Assembly (NCBI GenBank): GCA_965224705.1
Contig: OZ245056.1
Location: 2,912,001 to 2,976,000 of the forward strand
Length of the DNA: 64,000 nucleotides
Origin: Spirochaetaceae bacterium
Lineage (GTDB): Bacteria; Spirochaetota; Spirochaetia; DSM-2461
Reading direction: 5' to 3'
Under the pieces are notes generated by a model. It was not told where the DNA came from. It worked only from the letters and a program-made list of their open reading frames with translations, and did no database searches. The translations under genes were made by a program, and so were the position numbers. Below, one piece after another: positions 39,819 to 50,213 of the stretch (its first letter is position 1; each line of letters starts with the position of its first letter).

Positions 39819-40820
39819 TTATCGAGCGGAATCAATGAGGCTGTAAACCCTGTCAAGATCTGTTCGTTTGGAGAGAACTTCGTCTTTGATAATGGCTGCC
39901 CACCGGGCTTTTTCGGCAGGATCCATCTGTGTCAGGGTAACATCGGGTTTGGCACGCATGGCATCGACCATTTCCTGTTCCGATGCTGCGATATTGGCAT
40001 TGTATTCAGCCGAGGCGGCATCGATGGCTTTTTTCATGACTTCCTGAACATTGGCGGGGTAGGAATCGAAGGTTTCGCCCCAGAATATGAAGTTGAAGGC
40101 ACCGTAAACATGTTCACTAAACAGGACATAGGGGGCTACTTCATAGATACTGTTGGTATAGATAACATCCACAGGGTTTTCCTGAGCATCAATGACCTTC
40201 TGCTGAATAGCACCGAATACTTCGGGGAAGGCCATGGCCTGGGGACTTGCGCCCAGGGCCGTAAAGCAGTCGCCCATGGTCTTTGATCCGGGAACACGAA
40301 TTTTCAATCCTTCCAGGTCGGCCAAAGTGCTGACAGGGACATTGGAGTTGATATTTCGGGGACCCCGCCGCATAAATCCGAAAAACTTGTATCCGGTTTC
40401 AGCTTCCAGAATAGATTTGATCTCCTCTCCTGTTCCGGATGTCCAGACCCTTTCAAAGTGGTCTTTGTCATCATAGAGAAAAGGTGTGAAGCCGATGGAG
40501 CAATAGGGGGAGTAGGTTTCAAGAGTTCCGATATCCTCAATAAGGATGTCCATGGTTTTTAACTGCATGCCTTCCAGCATTTCTGACCAGTTCCCCAATT
40601 GACTTGAGGGGTAGATTTGAACTTCCACCTGACCGTCTGTTTCTTCTTCAACGATTTTCTTGAAGGTTTCACTGGCGATGTGCCGACCGTCGGTGGTGGG
40701 GGCACCATGACCGAGTTTGATCACAATTTTTTCAGTTCCCGCTTCCTGCTCTCCTCCTGCGAATAAAGGGAGGCTGACAACGCAGAACAGCACCAAGAGT
40801 GATACAACGACTTTCTTCAT
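39819..40820 (-). CDS. dctP: TRAP substrate-binding protein, copy 1
   Basis: YPSSQLG, GLKIRVP, QQKVIDAQENP. Confidence 0.93.
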   Translation of the reverse strand: MKKVVVSLLVLFCVVSLPLFAGGEQEAGTEKIVIKLGHGAPTTDGRHIASETFKKIVEEETDGQVEVQIYPSSQLGNWSEMLEGMQLKTMDILIEDIGTLETYSPYCSIGFTPFLYDDKDHFERVWTSGTGEEIKSILEAETGYKFFGFMRRGPRNINSNVPVSTLADLEGLKIRVPGSKTMGDCFTALGASPQAMAFPEVFGAIQQKVIDAQENPVDVIYTNSIYEVAPYVLFSEHVYGAFNFIFWGETFDSYPANVQEVMKKAIDAASAEYNANIAASEQEMVDAMRAKPDVTLTQMDPAEKARWAAIIKDEVLSKRTDLDRVYSLIDSAR

Positions 40821-41003
40821 ACAAAACTCCTTTCCTATTATGAGTGGTATTGCTTTGATGCGCTCATAATATATTCTTGATAACAATCATATCATGAAAA
40901 AATATTTTGTCAAGGGAAAAGTGTTGGAAATGTCAAAAAATCAAAATCTCCAGAATATGCGATATCCCGGCCGTGAACTCCCCGGCCAGACAGGGAACAG
41001 CAA

Positions 41004-41258
41004 TTATCTCTGTAAGCAGTATTGACTTGTTCCGGCTTCGATTATACCGATGGTTTGATTGAGTTTTATTTTAGCTTGCCGGACAGCGTGGAGCCCTACG
41101 CAGTAAGGCTCCAGCAGTGCTCCGACAGAGTAGGACATGCTATAGGAATGAGATAACATGGATTCCTTATCGTTTCCTTCCGAAACTACAGGTTGTTCAA
41201 CATCGACTATTTCTGCTTGATAAGGTTCGGTAAACTTCCATGCCTTCATATTTGCCAC
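41004..41258 (-). pseudogene. Internally deleted copy of the Zn-dehydrogenase
   Basis: First 29 aa identical to 38749-39792, then jumps to ESM...SMSYSVGALLEPY. Confidence 0.9.
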
Positions 41259-41284
41259 TCCTATCCTGTCATTCTCCTTATGCC

Positions 41285-42286
41285 TTATCGGGCGGAATCA
41301 ATGAGGCTGTAAACCCTGTCAAGGTCTGTGCGTTTGGAGAGAACTTCGTCTTTGATAATGGCTGCCCACCGGGCTTTTTCGGCAGGATCCATCTGTGTCA
41401 GGGTAACATCGGGCTTGGCGCGCATGGCGTCGACCATTTCCTGTTCCGATGCTGCGATATTGGCATTGTATTCAGCCGAGGCTGCGTCGATGGCTTTTTT
41501 CATGACTTCCTGAACATTGGCGGGGTAGGAATTGAAGGTTTCGCCCCAGAATATGAAGTTGAAGGCACCGTAAACATGTTCACTAAACAGGACATAGGGG
41601 GCTACTTCATAGATACTGTTGGTGTAGATAACATCCACAGGGTTTTCCTGAGCATCAATGACCTTCTGCTGAATAGCACCGAATACTTCGGGGAAAGCCA
41701 TGGCCTGGGGACTTGCGCCCAGGGCCGTAAAGCAGTCGCCCATGGTCTTTGATCCGGGAACACGAATTTTCAATCCTTCCAGGTCGGCCAAAGTGCTTAC
41801 AGGGACATTGGAGTTGATATTTCTGGGACCCCGCCGCATAAATCCGAAAAACTTGTATCCGGTTTCGGCTTCCAGAATAGATTTGATCTCCTCTCCTGTT
41901 CCGGATGTCCAGACCCTTTCAAAGTGGTCTTTGTCATCATAGAGGAAAGGTGTGAAGCCGATGGAGCAATAGGGGGAGTAGGTTTCAAGAGTTCCGATAT
42001 CCTCAATAAGGATGTCCATGGTTTTTAACTGCATGCCTTCCAGCATTTCTGACCAGTTCCCCAATTGACTTGAGGGGTAGATTTGAACTTCCACCTGACC
42101 GTCTGTTTCTTCTTCAACGATTTTCTTGAAGGTTTCACTGGCGATGTGCCGACCGTCGGTGGTGGGGGCACCATGACCGAGTTTGATCACAATTTTTTCA
42201 GTTCCCGCTTCCTGCTCTCCTCCTGCGAATAGAGGGAGGCTGACAACGCAGAACAGCACCAAGAGTGATACGACGACTTTCTTCAT
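41285..42286 (-). CDS. dctP: TRAP substrate-binding protein, copy 2
   Basis: Protein identical to copy 1 except D/N in GETF[DN]SYP; upstream region is also duplicated. Confidence 0.93.
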   Translation of the reverse strand: MKKVVVSLLVLFCVVSLPLFAGGEQEAGTEKIVIKLGHGAPTTDGRHIASETFKKIVEEETDGQVEVQIYPSSQLGNWSEMLEGMQLKTMDILIEDIGTLETYSPYCSIGFTPFLYDDKDHFERVWTSGTGEEIKSILEAETGYKFFGFMRRGPRNINSNVPVSTLADLEGLKIRVPGSKTMGDCFTALGASPQAMAFPEVFGAIQQKVIDAQENPVDVIYTNSIYEVAPYVLFSEHVYGAFNFIFWGETFNSYPANVQEVMKKAIDAASAEYNANIAASEQEMVDAMRAKPDVTLTQMDPAEKARWAAIIKDEVLSKRTDLDRVYSLIDSAR

Positions 42287-42660
42287 AAAAAGCTCCTTCC
42301 TATTATGAGTAGTATTGCTTTGAAGCACTCATAATATATTCTCAAAAGAAATCATATCATGAAAAAATATTATGTCAAGGGAAAGTGTTTGAAATGTCAA
42401 AAAATCGAAATCTCCAGAATATGAGATATTCCGACCGTGAGTTCCCGGATTAATGGATAAGGCAAGTGAGGCCCACCGACAGGTTATTTGGGGAACTCAC
42501 GTGAGGAATCTGGTGATAGATCTCGGGCAGGAGTCTGCGCCTACCCCATCGGCATTTCGTCTTCACCGGGACTGTGTCAGGAAGAAGGATTTGGAAATCA
42601 TGGCTCCAGCCACTGCCCGGTGATCATGCTCTTGCAGACTAAGGTCTAAAACTGTTTTTG

Positions 42661-43140
42661 CTATGTCTCGACTACATTCAATTGAGGCTCGCATACTACT
42701 TCGGTCTTCACTGAATTGGCAATAAAGCACTCGGCATGGGCTGCGTGGTGCAGACTGTGGATGTCGTCGGCGGAAGGACGTTTCTCTCCGGAGAAAACGA
42801 CGTAGGGCCGAAGTGTCACCCGTGTGATGGCCAGGCGGTCATCTTTGTCCTTTGACAAGGTGCCCCTGGCCTGGTCGGTGTAGGCATCAATACAGTATCC
42901 CTGATCGGCTGCCAGACTGAGAAACCAGAGCATATGGCAGCTAGCCAACGAAGCCGTAAAAGCCTCTTCTGGATCAATCGCAGAGGCATCGGTGTAGGCC
43001 GGAGGAACTACCAGAGGGGAGGCGGCTGCGGGAATCTCAGTGGTGTTGTTGATGATCCAGGTGTGTTGACGGGGGTAGCGCTTATCTAAGAAGGCGGCTT
43101 CGTTTCTTTTCCAGGTTACGTGGATGTGGTGTTCGGCCAT
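42661..43140 (-). CDS. OsmC/Ohr family protein
   Basis: DPEEAF.ASLASCHMLWFL; AH.ECFIANSV. Confidence 0.9.
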   Translation of the reverse strand: MAEHHIHVTWKRNEAAFLDKRYPRQHTWIINNTTEIPAAASPLVVPPAYTDASAIDPEEAFTASLASCHMLWFLSLAADQGYCIDAYTDQARGTLSKDKDDRLAITRVTLRPYVVFSGEKRPSADDIHSLHHAAHAECFIANSVKTEVVCEPQLNVVET

Positions 43141-43554
43141 AATTGTGCTCCTATAGGGTTTTAAGTTGTGATTTTACACATCTAAACACGGGGATTGGAT
43201 TGAGTCTCGCCATGGTTGATAGCCATCCTCCCATCGTGTGTACTCTCTTGATAAATCAGAGTAAGGGTATCATTGACAGGGAGTATTGCCAATGAGCTTT
43301 TTGGGGGGTGTCTCTCACGGAAGCACAGAATTCACGGAGGTGGGGAGCTAAAATGTAGGGGGGCCTTTGTCTCCACCGGTTTCATACTGAGTGCCGCTGC
43401 GTGGTGCCGCGGATATCCTGAAAGGCGGGCCTCGAGAAGGCTCCCAGGCCGGTTATAGCCAGTCTGGACGATAAGTTCCAGAAGCTGGGGACACAGGCAG
43501 CACCTGAAAAACTGCGGTTTCAACGCCGAGGACCTCGCTGGTTTGGCTGCGGGA

Positions 43555-43705
43555 TTTTCCGATTTCCAGCCCTTGTAATTCGGGCTGATTGACTTTACAC
43601 TCTGTATGAGCAAAGCGGGCTTTTTTTGTTTGGTATTTCTTTTCATGTAAATATTTTAACATGGGAAACCTGCTTTGTGTCAAGGTCTTTGGTGAGAAAT
43701 AGGGG
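43555..43705 (-). mobile_element. IS1380 left-end remnant
   Basis: tggtgagaaatagggg IR; similar to about 56283-56435. Confidence 0.8.
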
Positions 43706-43824
43706 CTAAGTAAAAAAGAGTCATGCTGGACATGGGTTATCGATTAAATCGCAGCATTCCGTCCTGGAAACCTATCGAGTTTTGGCCAACTTTTACGCAG
43801 ATCACAACGAGGTTTCAGAGAGCT

Positions 43825-44990
43825 ATGAAAGGTCTGCCCTTTGTTCATTGATTTTATGCTTGACGGGGTGCACCGTGTTCATTAAACCCATTCGCCATAC
43901 TGGTGAACGTTCTGACTTCGACCAATTAGATGACTGGTTGGAAGCACAGCACAAAGCAGGAAAATTAAATGGCAGTGTCTTAGTAAGCAAACAAGGGGCA
44001 GTGATTTATAAACGGCATTTTGGCTACCGGGACATAGAGCAGATTCATAAGATCGATGATGCCACGCAATTCAATCTGGCTTCCGTCTCCAAACAGTTTA
44101 CTGCGTTTGGAATTTTATTGTTAGCACATCAAGGCGAAATTAATCTTGATGCACCCATCTCGGAATACTTACCGGAATTCCAATTGGAACAGGTACCCAC
44201 CGTTCGGAACTTACTTCATCATCAAGGCGGCTTCAAGGAGTATTTTCTCATTACACAATCAACACCTTCGCTAAGAGCCTGTCGGACTTACGTCTCACGG
44301 CTCGATTTATTAAAGTCCGACAGATTCCTGGAGCGTCCCTTAACAAATAAACAAGCCGTCGCGGCTATCCTTCATTATCACACAACTAAAAAGCCTCCCA
44401 AATACACCACATATAAGTACTCCAATTCGGGATACATAGTATTGGCACACATCATCGAGCGCATCAGCGGCCAGAGTTTCGAGCAGTTCATGGGCGAGCA
44501 GGTATTCAAAACAGCCGGGCTCAATAATACACGTGTATACAATTTGTTATCTGAGGAGTCTTGTGATAATCGGGCCATCGGCTTTAAGCGAACTCTATTA
44601 AACAAACTCAAACAAAAGGATTTAAACCAGTGGGACGGTGTTGCAGGCGACGGCGGCGTTTACAGCAGTACCGGCGATTTATTGAGGTGGCACTATTCGC
44701 TTATGCAGGGAAATCTTGTGCCAGTTGAATTCTATCGTCAGGCCATGCAGCCGAGTAGGGACGATCATTCCAAAAGAACACCTTATGGATTTGGATGGAT
44801 TGTGCTGGGGAAAGGAGAAGTCGAACATGCTGGCGGTTGGCAGGGGTTTTCCAGTTATTTCTACAGAAACGAAGAAACAGACAGTACGATCATTATATTG
44901 GATAACGCCAATCATGGATTTCAAATGGCCCCCCTGGGTTATCGTTGGAACTCCCTCTCTCTCAATCTAAGAGACTGGCTAAAAAAGTGA
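43825..44990 (+). CDS. Serine hydrolase (beta-lactamase class C-like); probable lipoprotein whose ATG is 1 nt out of frame
   Basis: ASVSKQF (SxxK), YSN, GDGGVYS, YGFGW and HAGG motifs; LCLTGC lipobox. Confidence 0.8.
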
Positions 44991-45179
44991 ACTGGAGTAA
45001 AACGGCCGGAGGGGGGACCAGATTTTTAAGTGCATTTCTGGCAAAACGCTAAGGTTCTTCTCCTTCCTGAATCCGTATAAAAAATCTTCCCTGTCAGAAT
45101 GTGTGGGTGATCTAAAGCTCCGAGACAAAATGCAAGAAAACAAAAAGCACCGAAATCTGTTAAACTAAATCTCGCAAAA

Positions 45180-45582
45180 CAAAAAAAGATTGGGCTCATT
45201 TCATGAAAAAGGTTTCAAAATCTTATCCCGATGCGGATAGAATCTGTATAGTAATGGATAATTTAAAAACCCACAACGCATCGGCTTTTTATGAGACTTT
45301 GACCCCGAAGAAGCACGAATACGACGAGAACGTTTTGATTTTGTATACACTCCCAAACATGGTTCCTGGTTGAATATGGCAGAAATTGAATTACATGTAT
45401 TAAACCATCAATGCCTGAATAGGCATATACCTGAGCAAAGCAAGGTTGAAAGTGAAGTAAAAGCATGGGAGCAGACAAGAAACGCAAAAGTGGCAGCGAT
45501 AAACTGGCAACTTACAAATGAAAAGGCAAGGGTAAAACTAAATCGTTTGTATCCGTCATGACATGATTAACATAGCATTAGT
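45180..45582 (+). mobile_element. IS630-family 3' remnant, preceded by an IS1380-like end at 45066
   Basis: VMDNLKTH; YTPKHGSWLNMAEIE; ARVKL.RLYP. Confidence 0.85.
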
Positions 45583-45756
45583 ATAATTTAAAATCTCCAC
45601 TTTCTGCTATTAAATATGAATGGATTCGATTTTTATGTGATCGGTATTGTATCTTCCTGTATGTTAGTGACATAATACCCGGGTATTTGCGAAGGATGGC
45701 ATCCTCGTCAAAAAGGAACATTAACTAAAAATTCGTATAGATTTGGAAGGTGACTC

Positions 45757-47496
45757 ATGCAAAAATTTGGTTTTACGATACTTGTTCTATCTGCTTCGAC
45801 AGTAATACTTGCAGCTCAAGTGGATCTGAGATCAAACATCGCAATTGTGCAATCATCGCCTGACGAGGCATTGGTGCAGACATACAATGATATAGCCGAC
45901 TGGCTGGAGAATCTGCGCGAATCCAAATTGGCCGAAGATTTCCGTAGCCAGGAAAACGGAGTTCATGGGACAGGGTTCTTACTGCGGTTTGAAGAACAGA
46001 TGTTTCTTCTGACGAATTACCATGTCATCAAGGGCTACGCCGAAATCAATGTCACCTTCCGTCCCCGGGAAAGTGACGAGTTTGAATTCTCTCAGGTCAG
46101 GGTTGTCTATGCGGATCCGGCAAAGGATTTGGCCCTTATGGAAGTACCCGACTCCTGGGAACTGTCCGTCCCCGGCCTGCGGCTGTCCGCCGAGGCAGTT
46201 GTGGAAGATGGGGATGAGGTTTGGGCAGCAGGGTATCCCGGCCTTATCGCATCCGCATCATGGCAGCTTTCTCTGGGCAACGTAACCAATGAAAAAGTTA
46301 TTCTCGATGAAGTCGGATTGGTGGGTGTTGATTACCTCATCCAGCATTCTGCTCTGATTGATCCGGGAAGCAGCGGCGGTCCCCTTCTCCTTGCCGAAGA
46401 CAGGCAAACCGTTGTCGGGGTGAACACACTCAGTGTTCCGAGCCGGAACAATACCTTCTTTGCCATTCCCGCACAGACCGTGGAAGCCTTCCTCCAGGAC
46501 TACAGTACCGTGGAATCATCGGATCCCGCCGAAAGACTGGAACAGCGTGTCGATGAGTTTGTTCAACAACTCGCGGAGGAGGAACTCCTTTACGCCGCGA
46601 TGAGATCGTATCTCGCCGACGATTTCGGAGCACGGTATGGGTGGAGCACCTACAAAAGAATCTACAAGACTATGGACAGTGAACCTCGGAAGGAGTTGGA
46701 CGGAAAGCTCTTTCTATCGGGCCGTCCCCTTGAGGCACTGAAAGAAATTCTCGCAATGGTGGTGCATTCCGAATACGGCGGGCAAAAAAATATCGAATAC
46801 AGCATTGAATCCGTATTCGCGGACCGTGCAGAAGTCGAAATCGGTACCCCGGATAACAACTCCACTATGGCAACAACCTGGGTACTGGACCAGGGTGATT
46901 GGCGGCTGGCCGAGATGGATGATGCCGAGAAGATGACCATCCGAAGTCAGGACGATGAGGAAAAATCAATCTATCGGACAAAGTACGACAGCTTTGGTGC
47001 CATCATCGGTGTTGCCGTTCTGGGATCCCCGGCTTATTCCACACAAGGTGCAGGAGGCTCCAGAATTGGCGTCGGCCTCAACCTGAGCTATCGGTTTCCG
47101 GGGAAATACTTCAACTACGCCATTGGAGCGGAGTTTGATCACTACAGTGATTTGACAGTCCCTCCGGACACATCCAAAGGCAGCATTTCCTCCTTTTCCA
47201 TCACTCCCGTAGACCTCTGGTTGAAATATCCGATATTTTTGCAGAGCAACAATGTCCTCATTCCATTCGTCAATGCCGGTTTGTCCGTCGGCTTTGCGTT
47301 CAACGGAGATGCCAACTCTTCCGCCCCCTTAATTCTATACAAAATATCGTACTCCATGGGATTGGAATGGTCGCCTGACAGCACAAAACTCGGTAGTTTC
47401 GGTCTCGCATTCACATATGTCGGTGAAGGCTACGCATTGAGCGAAATGTTTTCTCCATTTCATTCCTTCGGTGCGAGTGTGTTCTATCTTTTCTAG
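45757..47496 (+). CDS. Exported trypsin-like (S1C) serine protease with a possible C-terminal beta-barrel
   Basis: TNYHVI, KDLAL and PGSSGGP triad; amphipathic beta C-terminus ending in YLF. Confidence 0.8.
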   Translation: MQKFGFTILVLSASTVILAAQVDLRSNIAIVQSSPDEALVQTYNDIADWLENLRESKLAEDFRSQENGVHGTGFLLRFEEQMFLLTNYHVIKGYAEINVTFRPRESDEFEFSQVRVVYADPAKDLALMEVPDSWELSVPGLRLSAEAVVEDGDEVWAAGYPGLIASASWQLSLGNVTNEKVILDEVGLVGVDYLIQHSALIDPGSSGGPLLLAEDRQTVVGVNTLSVPSRNNTFFAIPAQTVEAFLQDYSTVESSDPAERLEQRVDEFVQQLAEEELLYAAMRSYLADDFGARYGWSTYKRIYKTMDSEPRKELDGKLFLSGRPLEALKEILAMVVHSEYGGQKNIEYSIESVFADRAEVEIGTPDNNSTMATTWVLDQGDWRLAEMDDAEKMTIRSQDDEEKSIYRTKYDSFGAIIGVAVLGSPAYSTQGAGGSRIGVGLNLSYRFPGKYFNYAIGAEFDHYSDLTVPPDTSKGSISSFSITPVDLWLKYPIFLQSNNVLIPFVNAGLSVGFAFNGDANSSAPLILYKISYSMGLEWSPDSTKLGSFGLAFTYVGEGYALSEMFSPFHSFGASVFYLF

Positions 47497-48474
47497 CACT
47501 TTTTCAAGTCTTAAATTGCGGATAGAGGTGTTTCAACTTCATCCGTGCTTTCATCAGCAGTAAACTGTCAGTCAACTTTGTTTGCCGTGCGGTTTCTTTC
47601 TCTATTCCATGCTGTGACTTCTTTTATCAAAGCTCCGAGATCAGGGATTCTTCTTGATAGGCACTGGCCGATTAATGTGCTAGTTCAATCTCAACCATAT
47701 TGAGCCAACTGCCATGTTTCGGGATGTAGTGAATCTCTAATTTATCCGCCAGCCTTTTGCTTCCCTGGAATCAAATCTTTCATGAAGAGAGCCCGTGGAA
47801 TGGGTGTTGAGGTTATTTATAACAGGGATAATTTCTTCAGCATCGGGAAAATCACAATCAACAAGCTTCTTTATCTCTTCCGCCCATTCATTTCTTGCTT
47901 TCTTCATTGGCAACAAACTCTCCGTCCCGGGAGGAATTATCCAATATTTTTGAGATGCGGTTTAAGTTCGTTTTTTTAGCGTCTTTCTAACCGTCTCATA
48001 GGATATGCTTGACACAATCTTGAGTTCAACAAGTTTGTCCGCCAACAAGCAAAGTGTCCATCTGTCTCTGCCTTCAGGGGGCTGGCTGTCGGCAAGGCGA
48101 ATCAAATGCCCCTCTGCCTCTCCATCCAGTTTAGGGGCTGTTGGCGGAGTTTCCCGTTTTTTTCTCTTTAATGCCGCATCAAGACCCTCTTCCACAAAGC
48201 GTTTTCGCAACTTATAGACGGTTTTTCTGTGGCATCTAAAAATCCTTCTGACATCATCAATGCTCATATTACTGCCATTTCTATCCAGGCTTAAGAGCAT
48301 ATTGGCGTTTTTTATCTCTCTAGCCGCCGACTTCCCTTTACTGACGAAGTCACTCAGGTACTCTTGCTCTTCTTTGTTCAAACGCACAACATAAACTGCT
48401 TCGCGCATTATTTCCCCTCCCATTATCGAATGATCGGCATATCCAATGTAGACATTTAGTCTTGAGAAGTACCA
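47494..48474 (-). mobile_element. Degenerate IS630-family element
   Basis: OrfA HTH at 47962-48408 (P.GR.RWTL.LLA...SYETVR..LKK); decayed OrfB; imperfect IRs at both ends. Confidence 0.85.
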
Positions 48475-48764
48475 GGAGTCTGTCGGACTTTAAGACTTCA
48501 AGGCGATTTTTGATGATTTTTGCCTGATGCAAGGCGACAAAAACGGAGCGTAGCTGGGCTACGTGAGTATTTTGGCAACGCAGCAGCGGGGTATGCGAGT
48601 CTAAGGACTCGCATACCGAAGAGAGCGCTGAGCGATAGCGAAGAAAAGCCGCCACGGATGGCGGCGAAAGCGAACGAAGGCGGCTCTTCAGAAGCAAGCA
48701 GGAGGCTTGCTTCTGAAGAGAAGGGCAAAAATCGAGCCGTGAGGCGTAAGTCCGACAGACTCCT
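48474..48764. mobile_element. 291-bp hairpin-rich MITE with IS1182-type ends
   Basis: Perfect 17-bp IR aggagtctgtcggactt / aagtccgacagactcct; several internal palindromes. Confidence 0.85.
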
Positions 48765-49446
48765 AGCGCAGTGTCTCCCGTTCCCGCTCTATCCAGGCAT
48801 CCCAGCCGTAGCCGGTTATTATCTCCTCCGCAGCGTCCAGAGCATCCTCGCGGTTGCTATCGGAATGGGGGAGGAATCCGATTTCAAAGTCTCTGACAAT
48901 GATATTGCTCTTCTCCGTTTCCCGTATGTACACTTCCAGGGCCCCGAAATAGGTCATCTCACCAGGGCGCACTATCAGACCCGCACTCTCCTCCGGATAG
49001 CCGAACAAAGAAGATGCTTCAATTGACTGCGCTGTGTTGTGTTCGACGAATTTTGATGAATCATACGTGTATGTTGCTTCATATCTAAAAAGGTAGTACT
49101 CCCCCGGGGTTGGGATTTGACAGGCAAAATATCCATCGGAATCAACTTTGATTAACCCCCGTGTATCTGAAGTTGTTGATTCCACTGCGGCGAGTGATGC
49201 CTTGAACTTTTTCCCCATGGCTAAATCTGCTACGGCCTCATCGGTAAATTCACGTTCCACCCCAACCTCACGGGGAATAAACATAATGCGCACACTCGGG
49301 GTTTTGGGAAATGGATGGCCTTTTAGTTCCAGGCGACCGTAGATTAAACCGGATTCGGTACTCTTTGGCTCGGTGATCTTGTAAGTTTGACAGCCCACCG
49401 AAAGAAAGACAGATAACACACCGAGAAACGGAATGATGCGTTTCAT
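48763..49446 (-). CDS. Hypothetical lipoprotein
   Basis: MKRIIPFLGVLSVFLSVGC lipobox; AGGAG RBS. Confidence 0.75.
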   Translation of the reverse strand: MKRIIPFLGVLSVFLSVGCQTYKITEPKSTESGLIYGRLELKGHPFPKTPSVRIMFIPREVGVEREFTDEAVADLAMGKKFKASLAAVESTTSDTRGLIKVDSDGYFACQIPTPGEYYLFRYEATYTYDSSKFVEHNTAQSIEASSLFGYPEESAGLIVRPGEMTYFGALEVYIRETEKSNIIVRDFEIGFLPHSDSNREDALDAAEEIITGYGWDAWIERERETLR

Positions 49447-49499
49447 TTAAGTCTCCTTTTATGCTAATTCAAAAAACTCTCTCTAAGATATCAGTTAGA

Positions 49500-49830
49500 C
49501 CTGAATCCGTATAAAAAATTTAAACCAAAGCCTCAATCTTCTGTGATATAATGAATTAAGACTAAATACCCAATTGACCCAGAAGGTGAGCCTTATGAAG
49601 ATAGATACTACCACAGAAGCTTTGACCCGTACAGGGGGAATCGCACTGGCAGGAAAAATATTTAAAGAGATTGAACTGGATTTCACATCCGATACCATAC
49701 TCTCGGGAGCAGACAAACAAATCATAAAAACAATGACCGGACTGTTTCTACAGGGCAGAAACAGTTTTAAGAAGTCAACATGGTTCGGAACTGACCATTC
49801 TTCACAAAAGCTCTGGATGGCATTAACCTG
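49500..49830 (+). mobile_element. IS1380-like left end and transposase N-terminus
   Basis: cctgaatccgtat end; MKIDTTTEALT..GGIALAG. Confidence 0.65.
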
Positions 49831-50206
49831 ACACCGCATTCAAAGCGGTTAAAAAAGGGACAGAAATTCATCTTCCGGATTGTAGTGGTCCCTGGTGTAG
49901 ATGTAGACTGCCATCCCTTCAATGGCCGCTCTTGTGTAGTAGGCTTCTTCAATATCCTGCCATGTAACTTTTCGGATAAAATAGCCGTAATTCTTCTGGT
50001 GCTCAATTACCCCCCGTCCCGGTTAGACGATTAATGGCCTCATTGACGGGGGTCATACTTACATTCAGCTTTTCCGTTAATTCGTTTTTATTAATTTTTT
50101 CTCCATAGGGGATGTCTCCATAGAGAATCATTTTAACACTTTAGTTGTAAACCAACTGTACTCGGTTGCTTTTCTTCTCAGCCACGCTTTTGTCCAGGAT
50201 ACTCAA
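49831..50206 (-). pseudogene. GntR pseudogene, paralogue of 33975-34694
   Basis: Similar to about 34321-34694, with a nonsense codon, a frameshift and 3' truncation. Confidence 0.9.
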
Positions 50207-50213
50207 GGCGCCC

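Noticed and set aside
42480..42650. Possible exonuclease III tail (GSSHCPV)
   Set aside because: A single short motif with no supporting frame.
43825..44990. Antibiotic-resistance beta-lactamase
   Set aside because: The motifs fit the broad serine hydrolase / esterase / peptidase family; resistance cannot be inferred.
48520..49026. ORFs 48520-49026, 25733-26137 and 34785-34985 sharing peptide segments
   Set aside because: The similarity comes from reading through MITE copies; these are not genes.
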